A DNA stretch of 63,807 nucleotides, filler included, from Folioceros fuciformis (lineage: Eukaryota), in the NCBI GenBank assembly GCA_049999805.1. It is 34 parts of 34 records of this genome, joined end to end, with 100 filler letters (N's around TTAATTAATTAA, not from the genome) between each part and the next. Parts side by side here need not be neighbours in the genome. Positions count along the whole stretch, not along the records: positions 53,523 to 54,830 come from JBNGIO010004341.1; positions 54,931 to 63,807 come from JBNGIO010004342.1; 32 more parts are not named here. The stretch is one strand, 5' to 3'. How positions within the stretch are numbered: position 1 is the stretch's first letter; every line of letters begins with the position of its first letter. The translations under genes were made by a program, and so were the position numbers. Shown piece after piece: positions 53,649 to 63,807 of the stretch. The notes under the pieces were generated by a model, which was given only the letters and a program-made list of their open reading frames with translations, made no database searches and had not been told where the DNA came from.

Positions 53649-54171
53649 CTATTCAGCATGTGGAGTCCACAGTTTGCGACCGCCCTGTAACCCTCTTGGC
53701 GGAGCTTCATCTGGTACAATCATCTCTTCTTGGTAACGACCCTCAAAAGCATCTGAACATTTGGTTACCCACCAGTGCACTTTGACATATGGTTCTTCGC
53801 ATGTAATACTTGCCTCTAAGACTTTGGCAATCCAAAACGGCCTGTTGTCTTCGTCAGTCTCGCAAGGGACTGCAATCATATGCCCTTTTTCTATTTCGGT
53901 TATATCCCCGTTCAAACTCTCGTGGTCATCATTGAGGTCCGTCTCCCTACGGTATGCCCCCACATACGTGTTTCTTCTAGGAATCTCGCGGATGCGTGGA
54001 TGGTGAACAACCATTTTGTCTGGTACAGTAACGGGTGTGTTCAATATTTCTGCCGCCTCCCGATTATACCACCGCCAAGAGAATCAAGGTCTCTGTCTAC
54101 ACTGGAGTTTGTAGAATGCACGATAGCCTCTTGCTCTGCCCAAAACCCATCCCACCACAAGTTCTCGCCTG
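53649..54171 (-). pseudogene. Fragment with a Tudor/PWWP-like beta-barrel pattern, probably transposon-associated; duplicate at offset +659
   Basis: IEKGHMIAV...RPFWIAKVL...VKVHWW...DAFEGRY; an upstream Trp-rich segment (LWWDGFWAEQE) lies in another frame. Confidence 0.35.
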
Positions 54172-55280
54172 NNNNNNNNNNCCCTTCAAAGACCCGTCTC
54201 GCCTCACCATTAATCTAGCTACTAATCTAACCTAATCTTCTAACCATTTCACCACAGGATTCACTCAGAGATTCCCAAAAAGGGAAATCCTACCATTTTC
54301 CAAGGACCTATTCAGCATGTGGAGTCCACAGTTTGCGACCGCCCTGTAACCCTCTTGGCGGAGCTTCATCTGGTACAATCATCTCTTCTTGGTAACGACC
54401 CTCAAAAGCATCTGAACATTTGGTTACCCACCAGTGCACTTTGACATATGGTTCTTCGCATGTAATACTTGCCTCTAAGACTTTGGCAATCCAAAACGGC
54501 CTGTTGTCTTCGTCAGTCTCGCAAGGGACTGCAATCATATGCCCTTTTTCTATTTCGGTTATATCCCCGTTCAAACTCTCGTGGTCATCATTGAGGTCCG
54601 TCTCCCTACGGTATGCCCCCACATACGTGTTTCTTCTAGGAATCTCGCGGATGCGTGGATGGTGAACAACCATTTTGTCTGGTACAGTAACGGGTGTGTT
54701 CAATATTTCTGCCGCCTCCCGATTATACCACCGCCAAGAGAATCAAGGTCTCTGTCTACACTGGAGTTTGTAGAATGCACGATAGCCTCTTGCTCTGCCC
54801 AAAACCCATCCCACCACAAGTTCTCGCCTGNNNNNNNNNNNNNNNNNNNNNNNNNNNNNNNNNNNNNNNNNNNNTTAATTAATTAANNNNNNNNNNNNNN
54901 NNNNNNNNNNNNNNNNNNNNNNNNNNNNNNTTAATACCCCTTTCTAATATGAGATTATTACTATTACCGTATCTACAAATGGAGAGACCCTTCTCATCAC
55001 CGGTGTTCTTCACGTTCCCCACATGATAAAGAACGTGCTATCAGTACAAAAACTTGCTACCGAGCACAACTTGGTCATCACATTCCAGGGTAACCACTGC
55101 CTCATCTACAAATTTAGTGACCCCTCTAAGACAATTCTTGCGCACGATCTCCCATATAATGATCTCTACATGTTAAACATTTAGTCAATTTCTCTGCTTG
55201 TAGATGCCCAAAAATCAGACTCTAGGTTTATGTCCAAGTCATATTCTCTCCTATGGCACTGTCGAGCCGGCCACATGAGC

Positions 55281-55792
55281 ACCCCACCATTTCTGAAAAA
55301 TGCATATAAATATCGACAGGTGATAATTTTGAGGAATAGGGTCACCTGATATGAGGTATCGCTCAAACACCTGCAACTTTACATGGAATCCGATAACACG
55401 TGAATTACGTGATACCCGCCATATTACGAGGTTTTGTCATGTATTTGACTGCAATGACACCCGCAAATTTGCTAGTACTTTGGAAACAATTGATGATTAA
55501 GTTTATACTCAACACTCTTTTAGGCCACATTTTGGGTTCTCCTGATAAAAACACGGGAAAATGCGAATATCTGACACGAGTTTTTAGCGTCAAAATCTTG
55601 CGAAGCCCGGAATGGCGGAATACGCCCATCTGGGTTAGACACTGTTGAGTGTTAGGCATACAACTAGAACAGAGGTTGGGGAAGCTGACTTTGTGCTTGT
55701 ATAGTGTGACTCGTTGCGAGGTGGGTCGCGACGAGGTTCACCAGTGAGCTTCTTCTTGCATTCATTCTTGTAGTGCCTAGGAATGCACGAGC
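55281..55792. mobile_element. About 510-bp non-coding insertion splitting the copia GAG-pre-integrase region
   Basis: Interrupts GHMS|PWLLLELLGK; flanked by GAGC at 55277-55280 and 55789-55792; removing it restores the frame; homologue at 5625-5989. Confidence 0.7.
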
Positions 55793-58230
55793 CCTTGGTT
55801 GCTACTTGAACTCCTTGGCAAATCTCATCATGTACAGAGATCCCATTTCAGCCAAGATGTCTCCTGAGTTATCTGCCAGGACACAAAGCTAAATCAGCTG
55901 CCGTTTAATGATCCCTTACCTACAAGAGCAAAACGCCTACTTGAAGTCGTGCACTCGGAAATCTGTGGCCCCATGAGCACATCCTCCTTTGGCAGCCATT
56001 CTTATTTTCTGACTTTTCTAGATGAATGGAGCCGGTATTACCACATATACTTTCTCAAGCATAAGGACTAGGCCCTTCAATGCTTTCAAGAGTTTGTGGC
56101 ACTAGCAGAATGGCACACAGGACTTCTAGTTGGCACTCTTCGCACAGACAATGCTGGAGAGTACCTCAGTCACCCCTTTTAGGAGTACTGCACATCCAAA
56201 CGATAGCTCAAAGTTTCGTATACACCAGCACAAAATCCTTTTGCAGAAAGGCTTAACAGATCAGTGCTGGAGATATCTCGTTCCCTGCTCAAGCTGTCAG
56301 GCCTTACACGAGGATACTGGGCAGAAGCCATCTCCACGGCTAGTTATCCTAGGAATGGACTGCCAATGAAGGAGCTCCCTAACATCACATTGTACGAGCG
56401 TTGGAAAGGACAAAAGCCCTGCATATCTCATCTCAGAATATTTGGCAGCCCAGCATTCGCTCATATCCTTGATGACCTGCGCAAGAAATGGGACGACAAG
56501 AGTAAGAAGTTACTATTTATCGGCTACTCCAACCAATCCAAGGCATACAAATTGCTTAACCCCTTTACCCGGCAATCAAAATGCAAGATGTTCCTCAGTC
56601 CATCGAGGAAGCATTCAAGACCCCTGAATGAACTACAGCAGCTAAGTCCGAATATGATTCACTGATTGCCAACAAAACGTGGATACTGACCGACTTACCT
56701 CCAGGTCGCAAACCCATATCTTGTAAGTGGACATTTTGAAGGAAGTTGAATCCAGACGGGATAGTCGCAAGATACAAGGCAAGGCTTGTCGCCATAGGCT
56801 TTAGCCAAGTTCTTGGTTTTGACTACGAAGAAAATTGACTCTAGAGCCCTGTGGTGAAATCAACATCTATAAGGATACTCTTGGCGCTGGCAGCTCATCA
56901 CCGTCTGGAAATTCATCAAGTCGACATGAAAACTGCCTTCCTGTATGGCACGTTGAGCGAAGATATTTATATGCTCCAGCCCCCTGGATACATCAAGGAC
57001 AACAAGAAGGTTTGTAAGCTTATGAAATCCCTCTATGGACTCAAACAGTCCGCCCAGGTATGGAACGAAACTGTAGACTTGTATCTGAAAAAGTCTGGCT
57101 TCTTACCTCTAGCTACAGACCCAAGTGTCTACCTTCTCAAACAAAAAGAGCACTTTGTAATAATTACCTTATACGTCGATGACAATTTCATCTTTGGCAG
57201 TTGCCCTCATATCATTTAATACGAGAAAGATCTACTTGCCAAGGAGTACGAAATTGTTAACGCAGGCCCTCTCAAGTATGCCTTAGGTGTCCAGTTTGAG
57301 AGAAACACAACAGATCACTCCTTCTTCATTCACCAGTAGCACTATGTAGGTTAGCTATTGGATAGGAGATCCTGACGGCAGGAAATCCACAGCTGCCTAT
57401 TGTACCATGATCAACCGTTCAACAGTCTCTTGGGTGTGTAAGAAGATGCCCATAGTATGTCTCTCATCCACTGAAGTGGAGTACGCTGCAACCTCACTAG
57501 CAGCCAAGGAGATTCTTTGGATACGTTAATTCCTGCACGACATCAACGAGGACCAGCATCAGCCAACGGAGCTCAAGTGCGATAATCAATCCACCATTGC
57601 TATGACTCTCAACCCGATGCTCCATGCTAGGACTAAGCACGTGGAGATACAGCATCACTTCATTCGGTAGGTTGTGAGCAATAAGCAGGTCACCCTCAGC
57701 TACATCGCCAGAGAAGAAAACACAGCTGATCGTCTTGCCAAGGGACTATTGAAGACACCACATGAGCGACACGTTCAAGCAATAGGGTTGATCGCATGAG
57801 AAGCTTATTATGGAGGGGGAGTGAATCTTCCACCTCCTGGGAAAGGCATTGAAGACAATCAGCACTCAAATAGCTGGAGTCACTGTCCAGCTAGTTGCTT
57901 GAGCGCAACGTCATCTTCGTCGTCCGGAAGAGGTTGTTTCACCGCCATCTAGAATTATTTCACACTAACCGAACCGTTTTCGGGTTGTGAAGCCTTTCAC
58001 CTACATTTCACATGTGGCGAGTTTTCCTTCTGCTTTCTGTGCTTGGGGACTTCTGCCTCAGCCATCTTCGTCACTCTATCACTTAAGGCATCGACGATGC
58101 AAGATCCGAGCTGAAGAGACCACCAAATTGCTGACAGGATGCTCAGAACCAGCTGCAGGCACACGTAGGGAATCGAAGCCATCTTCGACATCGCTGAGTC
58201 TTGTTGCACCTAGCTTGCGGCTAGGGGGAG

Positions 58231-58553
58231 TGTTGAAATCCTCATGCGCCGACTACACATATTGATTAGGTCACGGTTCACATGAGTGGATACTTGGCAT
58301 TAATTAAACATGGTAGACTGAACTTAGCGTCCTTAACCTCAGCAGTTATAATTTAGATACGGTTATCAGAGCGAGCAGTTATAACTGCAGAAATAAGATA
58401 AATAAGCCCCTCATCATAATGTAATTATCCTTTCCATAAATCTCGCTTCCGCTTTACGAGCGTGTGTGTCGTGAGCTATGAACTTGTGCCCAGCTGTAGT
58501 GCAAAGAGACCATACACACCTAAATCATATCTGCTGTACTGTGAATTGTAGCA
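58231..58553 (+). repeat. Probable 3' LTR of the plus-strand copia element
   Basis: PPT AGGGGGAG (58223-58230) directly before TGTTG; internal GCTTCCGCT motif. The CA end at 58553 is tentative. Confidence 0.5.
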
Positions 58554-58977
58554 TGGCAGAGCCGAGCGGAGGAGGAAGAGTGGCGCGCGCTGCCGGCTAA
58601 GCAGCAGCAGGCGCTGGTAGATTTGGGTCGGAATGCCTTGTCCAGTCTACCCGACCAGGAGAAGGATGTAGGATATGGCGGCTCCTTCAGAAGAACCCAA
58701 GGAGGCGAATCACCTAGAAGACGCCAGTGGAGACAGTGAAGGTATCGTCTTCAGCCACACACCGTTGGTGCATCAAACTGCTTCTGATAGGCTCTTCACT
58801 TCTCCTTTAAATTTATACTCATTCCTTCCCATAATCTCTAGGACCCATTCCTCTGTGGAAAGGGAGGCAGTGGTGCAGTTTTGCAACCAGCTCACTTCCT
58901 TGGAGCTGCGCCACTGTCGTTTCACTCAGTTTGGCATCAAAAGAGTGCTGGAATTCGTGAGATCCAGGATGGTATCG

Positions 58978-59408
58978 CTACGAAGCCCGCATCTCCTCTT
59001 CCGCCGCGCTCTGCCTCTCCCGCTTCTCCGCCTCGGTCGCGCGAAAGGCCATCTCGCGATCGGTGAGGTACTGCCACATGGCGTCAAATGCCTCCCATGG
59101 CGTCTGATATAATCTAAAGTCTGCAACGAAAGCAAATCTTCAAGAACTGCCATTGCCACGTCAACTCCCTAATTCTGCGCAGGCAGGCGAGGGCTGACTC
59201 AGCAGACCATTAGATTCAAGTCTTCTCCTCTAAAGCAAATCCCTGTCCATTCAAGTCATCTGCGCAAGTAATCAACCTTCTGCTCTAAGCGCTTGCGCTG
59301 TTGTGTGGCCTCAGCCGATTTCCGCTTCAACTCCTTTGCGAGGCCTGTTAGGAGGATGTCCTGGTCCTTCACGAGTTCCCTGGTACTCATGCTGATCCCT
59401 ACATGGGT
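58978..59408 (-). pseudogene. Decayed spliced gene with coiled-coil-like exons, probably extending to about 60400
   Basis: Pyrimidine-rich TGCAG acceptors at 59409 and 59121. Exons read MSTRELVKDQDILLTGLAKELKRK...KVDYLRR* and FRLYQTPWEAFDAMWQYLTDREMAFRA...EEEMRAS*. Confidence 0.4.
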
Positions 59409-60799
59409 CTGCAAGACAAAGATGGCGAATAACCGAGGGGCACTAGTCGTTCAACCTCGTAAATCTGCAGCTGCAATGCTATTAGTATATCTTTTGGCTG
59501 TCAATCCAGTATTTATTTGTATCTGAAAGCTGGGAAGAAGAGGCTTTGCACTAACCATCGCTACGCTTCGAGCTGAAGGCTTTCTTGAATGTCTGTAGAC
59601 ACCTTGGCCAAGTTATCGTCCATGATGGGGCCCTAAACAACTGCATCAGCTTGTTCTTCCCCTTCATCTTGCCGACAACGAGCAGGAGCCTGAGAAATCA
59701 GCCATAGGAAACATTCACGGTGCTCCGTACCCGATTGAGAGCACGCCGTTTGAACATACAAGGCGAGGAACAATGTGCACTAGTACTCATCAATGCATCA
59801 CGAAAGCCGAGGACGTTACAAGATTTGTTTTGGATCTTACGTTTTAGCCCTGCCCAGTGCGTCGTTGCGCTGGATGAACCCCTTCTTTTCGTTTTAGGAG
59901 AAGGCGTGTCTCGCCTTATTACCCTGCTCCAGGAGTGCATTTAGGAGAGCCTGAAAGTCGCCAACACGGTGGCCCAGAGTCTGGCATCCTTCGTTTACCC
60001 CTGCGGCAGTCTAGGCAAGCCCCGCGATATCTCGCACGTCTGGGCCAACACAAGTTGTAACAATTTCCACGGCTACGGCTGTGATAAGTGCAACTCCAGA
60101 CACGCACCAAGACAGATGCCAACTCCGTGTCCGAAGAGTGCCGGGATATGGCGATACCTTCTGTTACCAGGGAAACCAACATCCTAACCCACGTAATGTT
60201 GACAAATCCTTATGGCAACTTATCTTGGCCTCTTGCCTCGTTCTCCACAACGAGATGGAGAAGCAACGGATCCGGATGTGAGATAGGCTGGATGAAGCTC
60301 CGGCGAAGCAATGAATGCTTCGTTCGTGGAGAGGGACAGGAAGGCCCGCGGCGCTTACGTGCATGGCACAATGGCCTGCGATTCAATCTCCGAAGCAACG
60401 AATGCCAGCATTAGCAGCGGGGAAGGGGCGGGGGGATCGGCAGCGGGGAGAGAGAGGAGACCCCTAGACCCTAAGCCCTTGATGCTGCTAATCCCCCCCG
60501 CGCGTGGATTCTCAAAGAACTTTAGCCAGATTGATCCGGAAGTTCAATTCCAAGTTTTCTCAAGAATGGTGGAAGGTTCAGAAGGATAGGCCTTGCCATG
60601 TACAGTACAGTGCAAATCTATGGGGTTCAAGGCTTCACTGGTGCACTGCAAAACAAGAATCTTGCCAAAAAGACACCTACAGCACATTTTTCGCGCCTCC
60701 GAACTGCTGTAGTCAAGGTATGTTTCACTCCAAGAAAGTAGTGACGAGAGGCAGTAGCGCACGGCATTTCTGGCGTTCCATTGCGAGGATTGTCTGTCA

Positions 60800-61131
60800 T
60801 GTGGGCTGGCTGATGTGGATCGTTCGCTTTTATCCATCCCCGTGGATATGCATACCCAGAAAGAAAGTTGCCTCTCCAAGATCGCGCATCTGGAAACTCA
60901 GTGCCAATTGTCGCTTAACCTCTTGGATTTCAAACAAGTTGTTCCCAAAAATGAGAGCATCGTCCACATACAAGACGAGTACCAGGTGCACATCACCAAC
61001 CTTCTTAATGTAGACATTCGAGTCAACGGAAGATGGTGTAAACCCCAAAAGTTTTAGGGCTTTGTCGCATCTCATAAACCACCGTCAAACCGTAAATGGA
61101 CCGAAGAAGTTTGCACACCTTATCCTCCATG
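60800..61131 (-). pseudogene. Copia reverse transcriptase fragment
   Basis: KVCKLLRSIYGL, frameshift, then LLGF...DSNVY...LVLYVDDALIFG...FQMRDLGEATFFLGMHI...IHISQ. Confidence 0.9.
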
Positions 61132-61141
61132 NNNNNNNNNN

Positions 61142-62244
61142 CCTGTGGGAACAATAGGTGGTATGACCTCATCTGCTGGGATGTCCTCGCCATCACCCTT
61201 CGGTATGTGGTGATCCTCTTCTGCTATCGTTGGTGGATCTGGAACAAGGAAGGTGTCCTGGATAAACTCAGAGTCGAGATCCGTGTAAATAGCCGTGCTC
61301 TCCGCATGACTTCCGAAGTTGTTCTCAGATAACACGACATCGGAACTTTCATACATCTGCTTGCTGACGGGATCCCACAATCTGTAGGCCTTTCGCTCAT
61401 TCGCATAACCAATGAAGCTGCACTTGATGCTTCTATCGTCCAACTTCTTCCGCACTTGCTTAGGAACATGCACATATGCTACACAGACAAACACTCGCAA
61501 GTGTGAGACATTAGGTTTCTCACCAAACCAAGCTTCGTGGGGTGTGATGGAGCCGCCTAGCGCCATGGTAGTTGACATATTCTGTACGTGTACTGCCGTT
61601 GCCACCGCATCTACCCAAAAATATTTTGGCATCCTGCTTTCCGCTAGCATACTCCTAGCGCCATTGCAGATAATACCATTCTTCCACTCGGCGATCCTTG
61701 CCTGTTGTGGTGTGTACCTTGTCGTCAACTGCCTCTCAATTCCGGCCGCTATGCATTCATCCTTGAAGAGTTTGCTCAAATACTCTCCTCCCCCGTCAGT
61801 TCGAAGTTTCTTCAACTTCTTTCCGGTTTGTTTCTCCGCGGTCGCCCTAAACGTCTGAAATGCTTGGAGGGCATCACTCTTCTTCCGCAGGAAGTACACC
61901 GTTGTTCTCCTACTGTAGTCATCGATAAACGAAATATAGTATTTCGCCTGTATCATCCTTGCTTCCACTTGCATTGGTCCGCAAAGATCAGAGTGGACAA
62001 GTTCCAAGACTTCTTTTGCTCTCTTCGTGATTGAAACATAAGATCTTCGGGGATGCTTGCCTTTCATACAAGCGTCACACAAACCAAGTTCTGCCTTCTG
62101 GAGCTCCATACTTGTCACAAGCTTCTTCCGCTCCATCTCCAGGAGAAACTTCAAATTGGTATGCCCAAACCGTCTATGCCACAGTAAGGCATTTCCACAT
62201 TTCTCCAACACTGTCAGAACTTCTTGGTCATTGGGAACCTCCAT
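61142..62244 (-). CDS. Copia GAG-pre-integrase plus integrase (disrupted pol)
   Basis: LWHRRFGH, CDAC, ELVHSDLCGPM, FIDDYSR, LRTDGGGEY, TPHEAWFG, RKAYRLWDP. Confidence 0.92.
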
Positions 62245-63460
62245 CTAGTACAAGTTCCCTATGCGGTGGCCTTTTGCCACCATATCGCTGTGCATTTGTC
62301 CATTCCTTTAACAAAACTTCCTTCTTCATAAAAAGGACCTGCAGACCTGCATCGGTCAATGATGCGACGGACATGAGATTTCTACGTCGATGCGGTACAA
62401 ACAGCGCTCCTTCCATTGCCTTGACCTCGCCGTCGAGCAATCTGAGCTTGTACTCCCCCACACCCTCGACGCCTATCTCGCTATCGTTCCCTAGGCGCAC
62501 CACTGTCTTCTCCCTCCTGTAGTCTTGAAGGAGCTCTTTATCCTTTACCATAAAGGATGCACATGCAGAATCTATCGTCAGGTATTGTCTCGCTTGTGTA
62601 CTATCACACTCGGGCGATACTTCTTCTGTGAGCATTGCCTCCGCAACCTCACCTTTACTCTCACCCTCCGTGAGATGTGCGGTCTTTCGATCCTTGCAAT
62701 TCTTCTCATAATGACCATACTTGAAGCATTTCCGGCACTGTCCCCTCTTCACTATTCTCTTGTCCTTTTGTCCCTGTGAGGACTCCCCCTGGTTGTCCTT
62801 GTTTCGGTTGTTCCGTCCCTTTCCCTTAATGAACATCGCATGCTCCGGATTAGTTGAAAATCCCGCCATTGCATCCGATTGGCGAGTCTCCTTCGCCAAC
62901 ATCTTAGAGGTGGCCTCCTCCCATGTGAGAGTGTCTTGGGCTATTAGGAAATCTATGAACCCTGACCAAGCTTCGGGCATAAAACGATATAGAAACATCT
63001 TCTGTATGTCCTCTTGGATAGCGAAGCGCTCGTTAGCTGATGCTAGCACTATAAACAGTTCGTGAAAGGTGTCGATGTGCTTTCGCAAATCGTCTCCGTT
63101 TGAATACTTCAATGTTGTCACACGACAAAACAAGTGAAATACTTCACATGCTCCCTTCTGGCCGTATTTCACATCGAGAAGATTCCAAATGTGCTCCATG
63201 CCCTTGTCTGGTTCTCCGACCTTCAGCTGGACTACCGTAGAGAGATTCATATATAGGAGAGCTGTACCCTTGTGGTCTCTCCGCATCCATTCTCTCTGCG
63301 CTCTCCCCTCATCTTCGGGTTTCGGCTCTTTGTCCTCGGTAATGCCATACGCGTCCTCTGCCATCAGCAGAACCTTCATGGACCTTTTCCATACATGGAA
63401 CTCCGTTCCATCAAACACCCGCGTCCTAAAGGCCGCGATGGTTACTGAGCCCGTCGTCAT
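62228..63460 (-). CDS. Copia gag plus protease, frameshifted at about 62280
   Basis: FDGTEFHVWK, MPEAWSGF, zinc knuckle CRKCFKYGHYEKNC, IDSACAS, LFVPHRRRNLMSV. The pol frame resumes VAKGHRIGNLY* with a stop at 62245-62247. Confidence 0.9.
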   Translation of the reverse strand: MTTGSVTIAAFRTRVFDGTEFHVWKRSMKVLLMAEDAYGITEDKEPKPEDEGRAQREWMRRDHKGTALLYMNLSTVVQLKVGEPDKGMEHIWNLLDVKYGQKGACEVFHLFCRVTTLKYSNGDDLRKHIDTFHELFIVLASANERFAIQEDIQKMFLYRFMPEAWSGFIDFLIAQDTLTWEEATSKMLAKETRQSDAMAGFSTNPEHAMFIKGKGRNNRNKDNQGESSQGQKDKRIVKRGQCRKCFKYGHYEKNCKDRKTAHLTEGESKGEVAEAMLTEEVSPECDSTQARQYLTIDSACASFMVKDKELLQDYRREKTVVRLGNDSEIGVEGVGEYKLRLLDGEVKAMEGALFVPHRRRNLMSVASLTDAGLQVLFMKKEVLLKEWTNAQRYGGKRPPHRELVLDGGSQ

Positions 63461-63504
63461 CGCAACTTTGTCCTCTCTTAGCAAGTCTCGCAATTAGTGT
63501 TCCT

Positions 63505-63516
63505 GCTCTGATACCA
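63505..63516 (-). promoter_or_regulatory. tRNA-iMet primer-binding site
   Basis: TGGTATCAGAGC immediately after the LTR-terminal CA on the minus strand. Confidence 0.92.
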
Positions 63517-63774
63517 TGAAAGAAACAGCTCAGACACAATACTGCCTGGGCAACGCACAGAATCAACACAGTTAGCAGACACAAGCAGAGTCTGTGGGTG
63601 ACACATGCAATAGCACCACTGGCTTAGATGGACTCGAAAGTACAAGGCAATATGGTGCATAGTGTGCTACATATATAGCCTTTGCCGGGCAACTATCGAG
63701 AAGGTAAGCCCTAGACTCGAGAGTGCAATATCCTAATATACTAGAGTGAGTAGCAGAGGATTGAATCCCTAACA
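63517..63774 (-). repeat. 5' LTR (258 bp)
   Basis: Minus strand runs TGTTAGG...TTTCA, abuts the PBS and contains TATATAT. Confidence 0.75.
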
Positions 63775-63807
63775 CCTCCTCAGTCAGAAACGAAGCCCGC
63801 ATCTCCT

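Larger units (their letters stand above)
54931..58553 (+). mobile_element. Decayed Ty1/copia retrotransposon, 5' truncated by the scaffold start
   Basis: Copia domain order: VLHVPHMIKNVLSV; LWHCRAGH; LEVVHSEICGPM, YFLTFLDEWSRY, LRTDNAGEY, SKAYKLL; CKWTF, RYKARLVA, HQVDMKTAFL, KSLYGLKQS, LYVDDNF; SSTEVEY, CDNQS, HARTKHVEI. Many stops, frameshifts and two internal deletions; pol ends at 57799. Confidence 0.95.
60800..63774 (-). mobile_element. Decayed Ty1/copia retrotransposon with 5' LTR and PBS, truncated within RT
   Basis: LTR, tRNA-iMet PBS, gag, CCHC knuckle, protease, integrase and RT in copia order; no RNase H or 3' LTR seen. Confidence 0.95.

Noticed and set aside
55765..55775. CACTA-type terminus (reverse complement CACTACAAGAA) near the insertion's right end
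   Set aside because: The left end (CACCATTTCTG) does not match it and the 3-bp TSD is imperfect; kept only as a possibility.
58554..58563. TGGCAGAGCC as a PBS after the LTR
   Set aside because: It needs a 3-nt deletion to match tRNA-iMet and no gag follows.

Overview
This window is not a contiguous locus. It is a concatenation of unplaced assembly scaffolds joined by an artificial 100-bp linker (N44-TTAATTAATTAA-N44, stop codons in all six frames). Bases 1-54830 hold 33 short fragments (537-1077 bp), each written twice in exact tandem with a 10-N or 100-N gap, which is an assembler artefact. Bases 54931-63807 are one longer scaffold carrying two decayed, convergent Ty1/copia LTR retrotransposons around a decayed spliced gene. 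The fragments come from several organisms: land-plant nuclear DNA (copia relics, LTR ends, microsatellites, a divergent intronless PLATZ-like gene), plastid DNA (petN), ascomycete transposons erased by RIP (recognisable Ty3/gypsy gag, integrase and RNase H, plus a Fot1/pogo end), and a GC-rich proteobacterium (RsaA-like S-layer pieces, a receiver-domain start). I found no convincing novel multi-gene system. The best leads are the PLATZ-like gene, a highly structured non-coding fragment (45097-45845), an unclassified dispersed element inserted into a copia relic, and the co-occurring fungus and bacterium. All family assignments come from motif recognition by eye; no searches were run.
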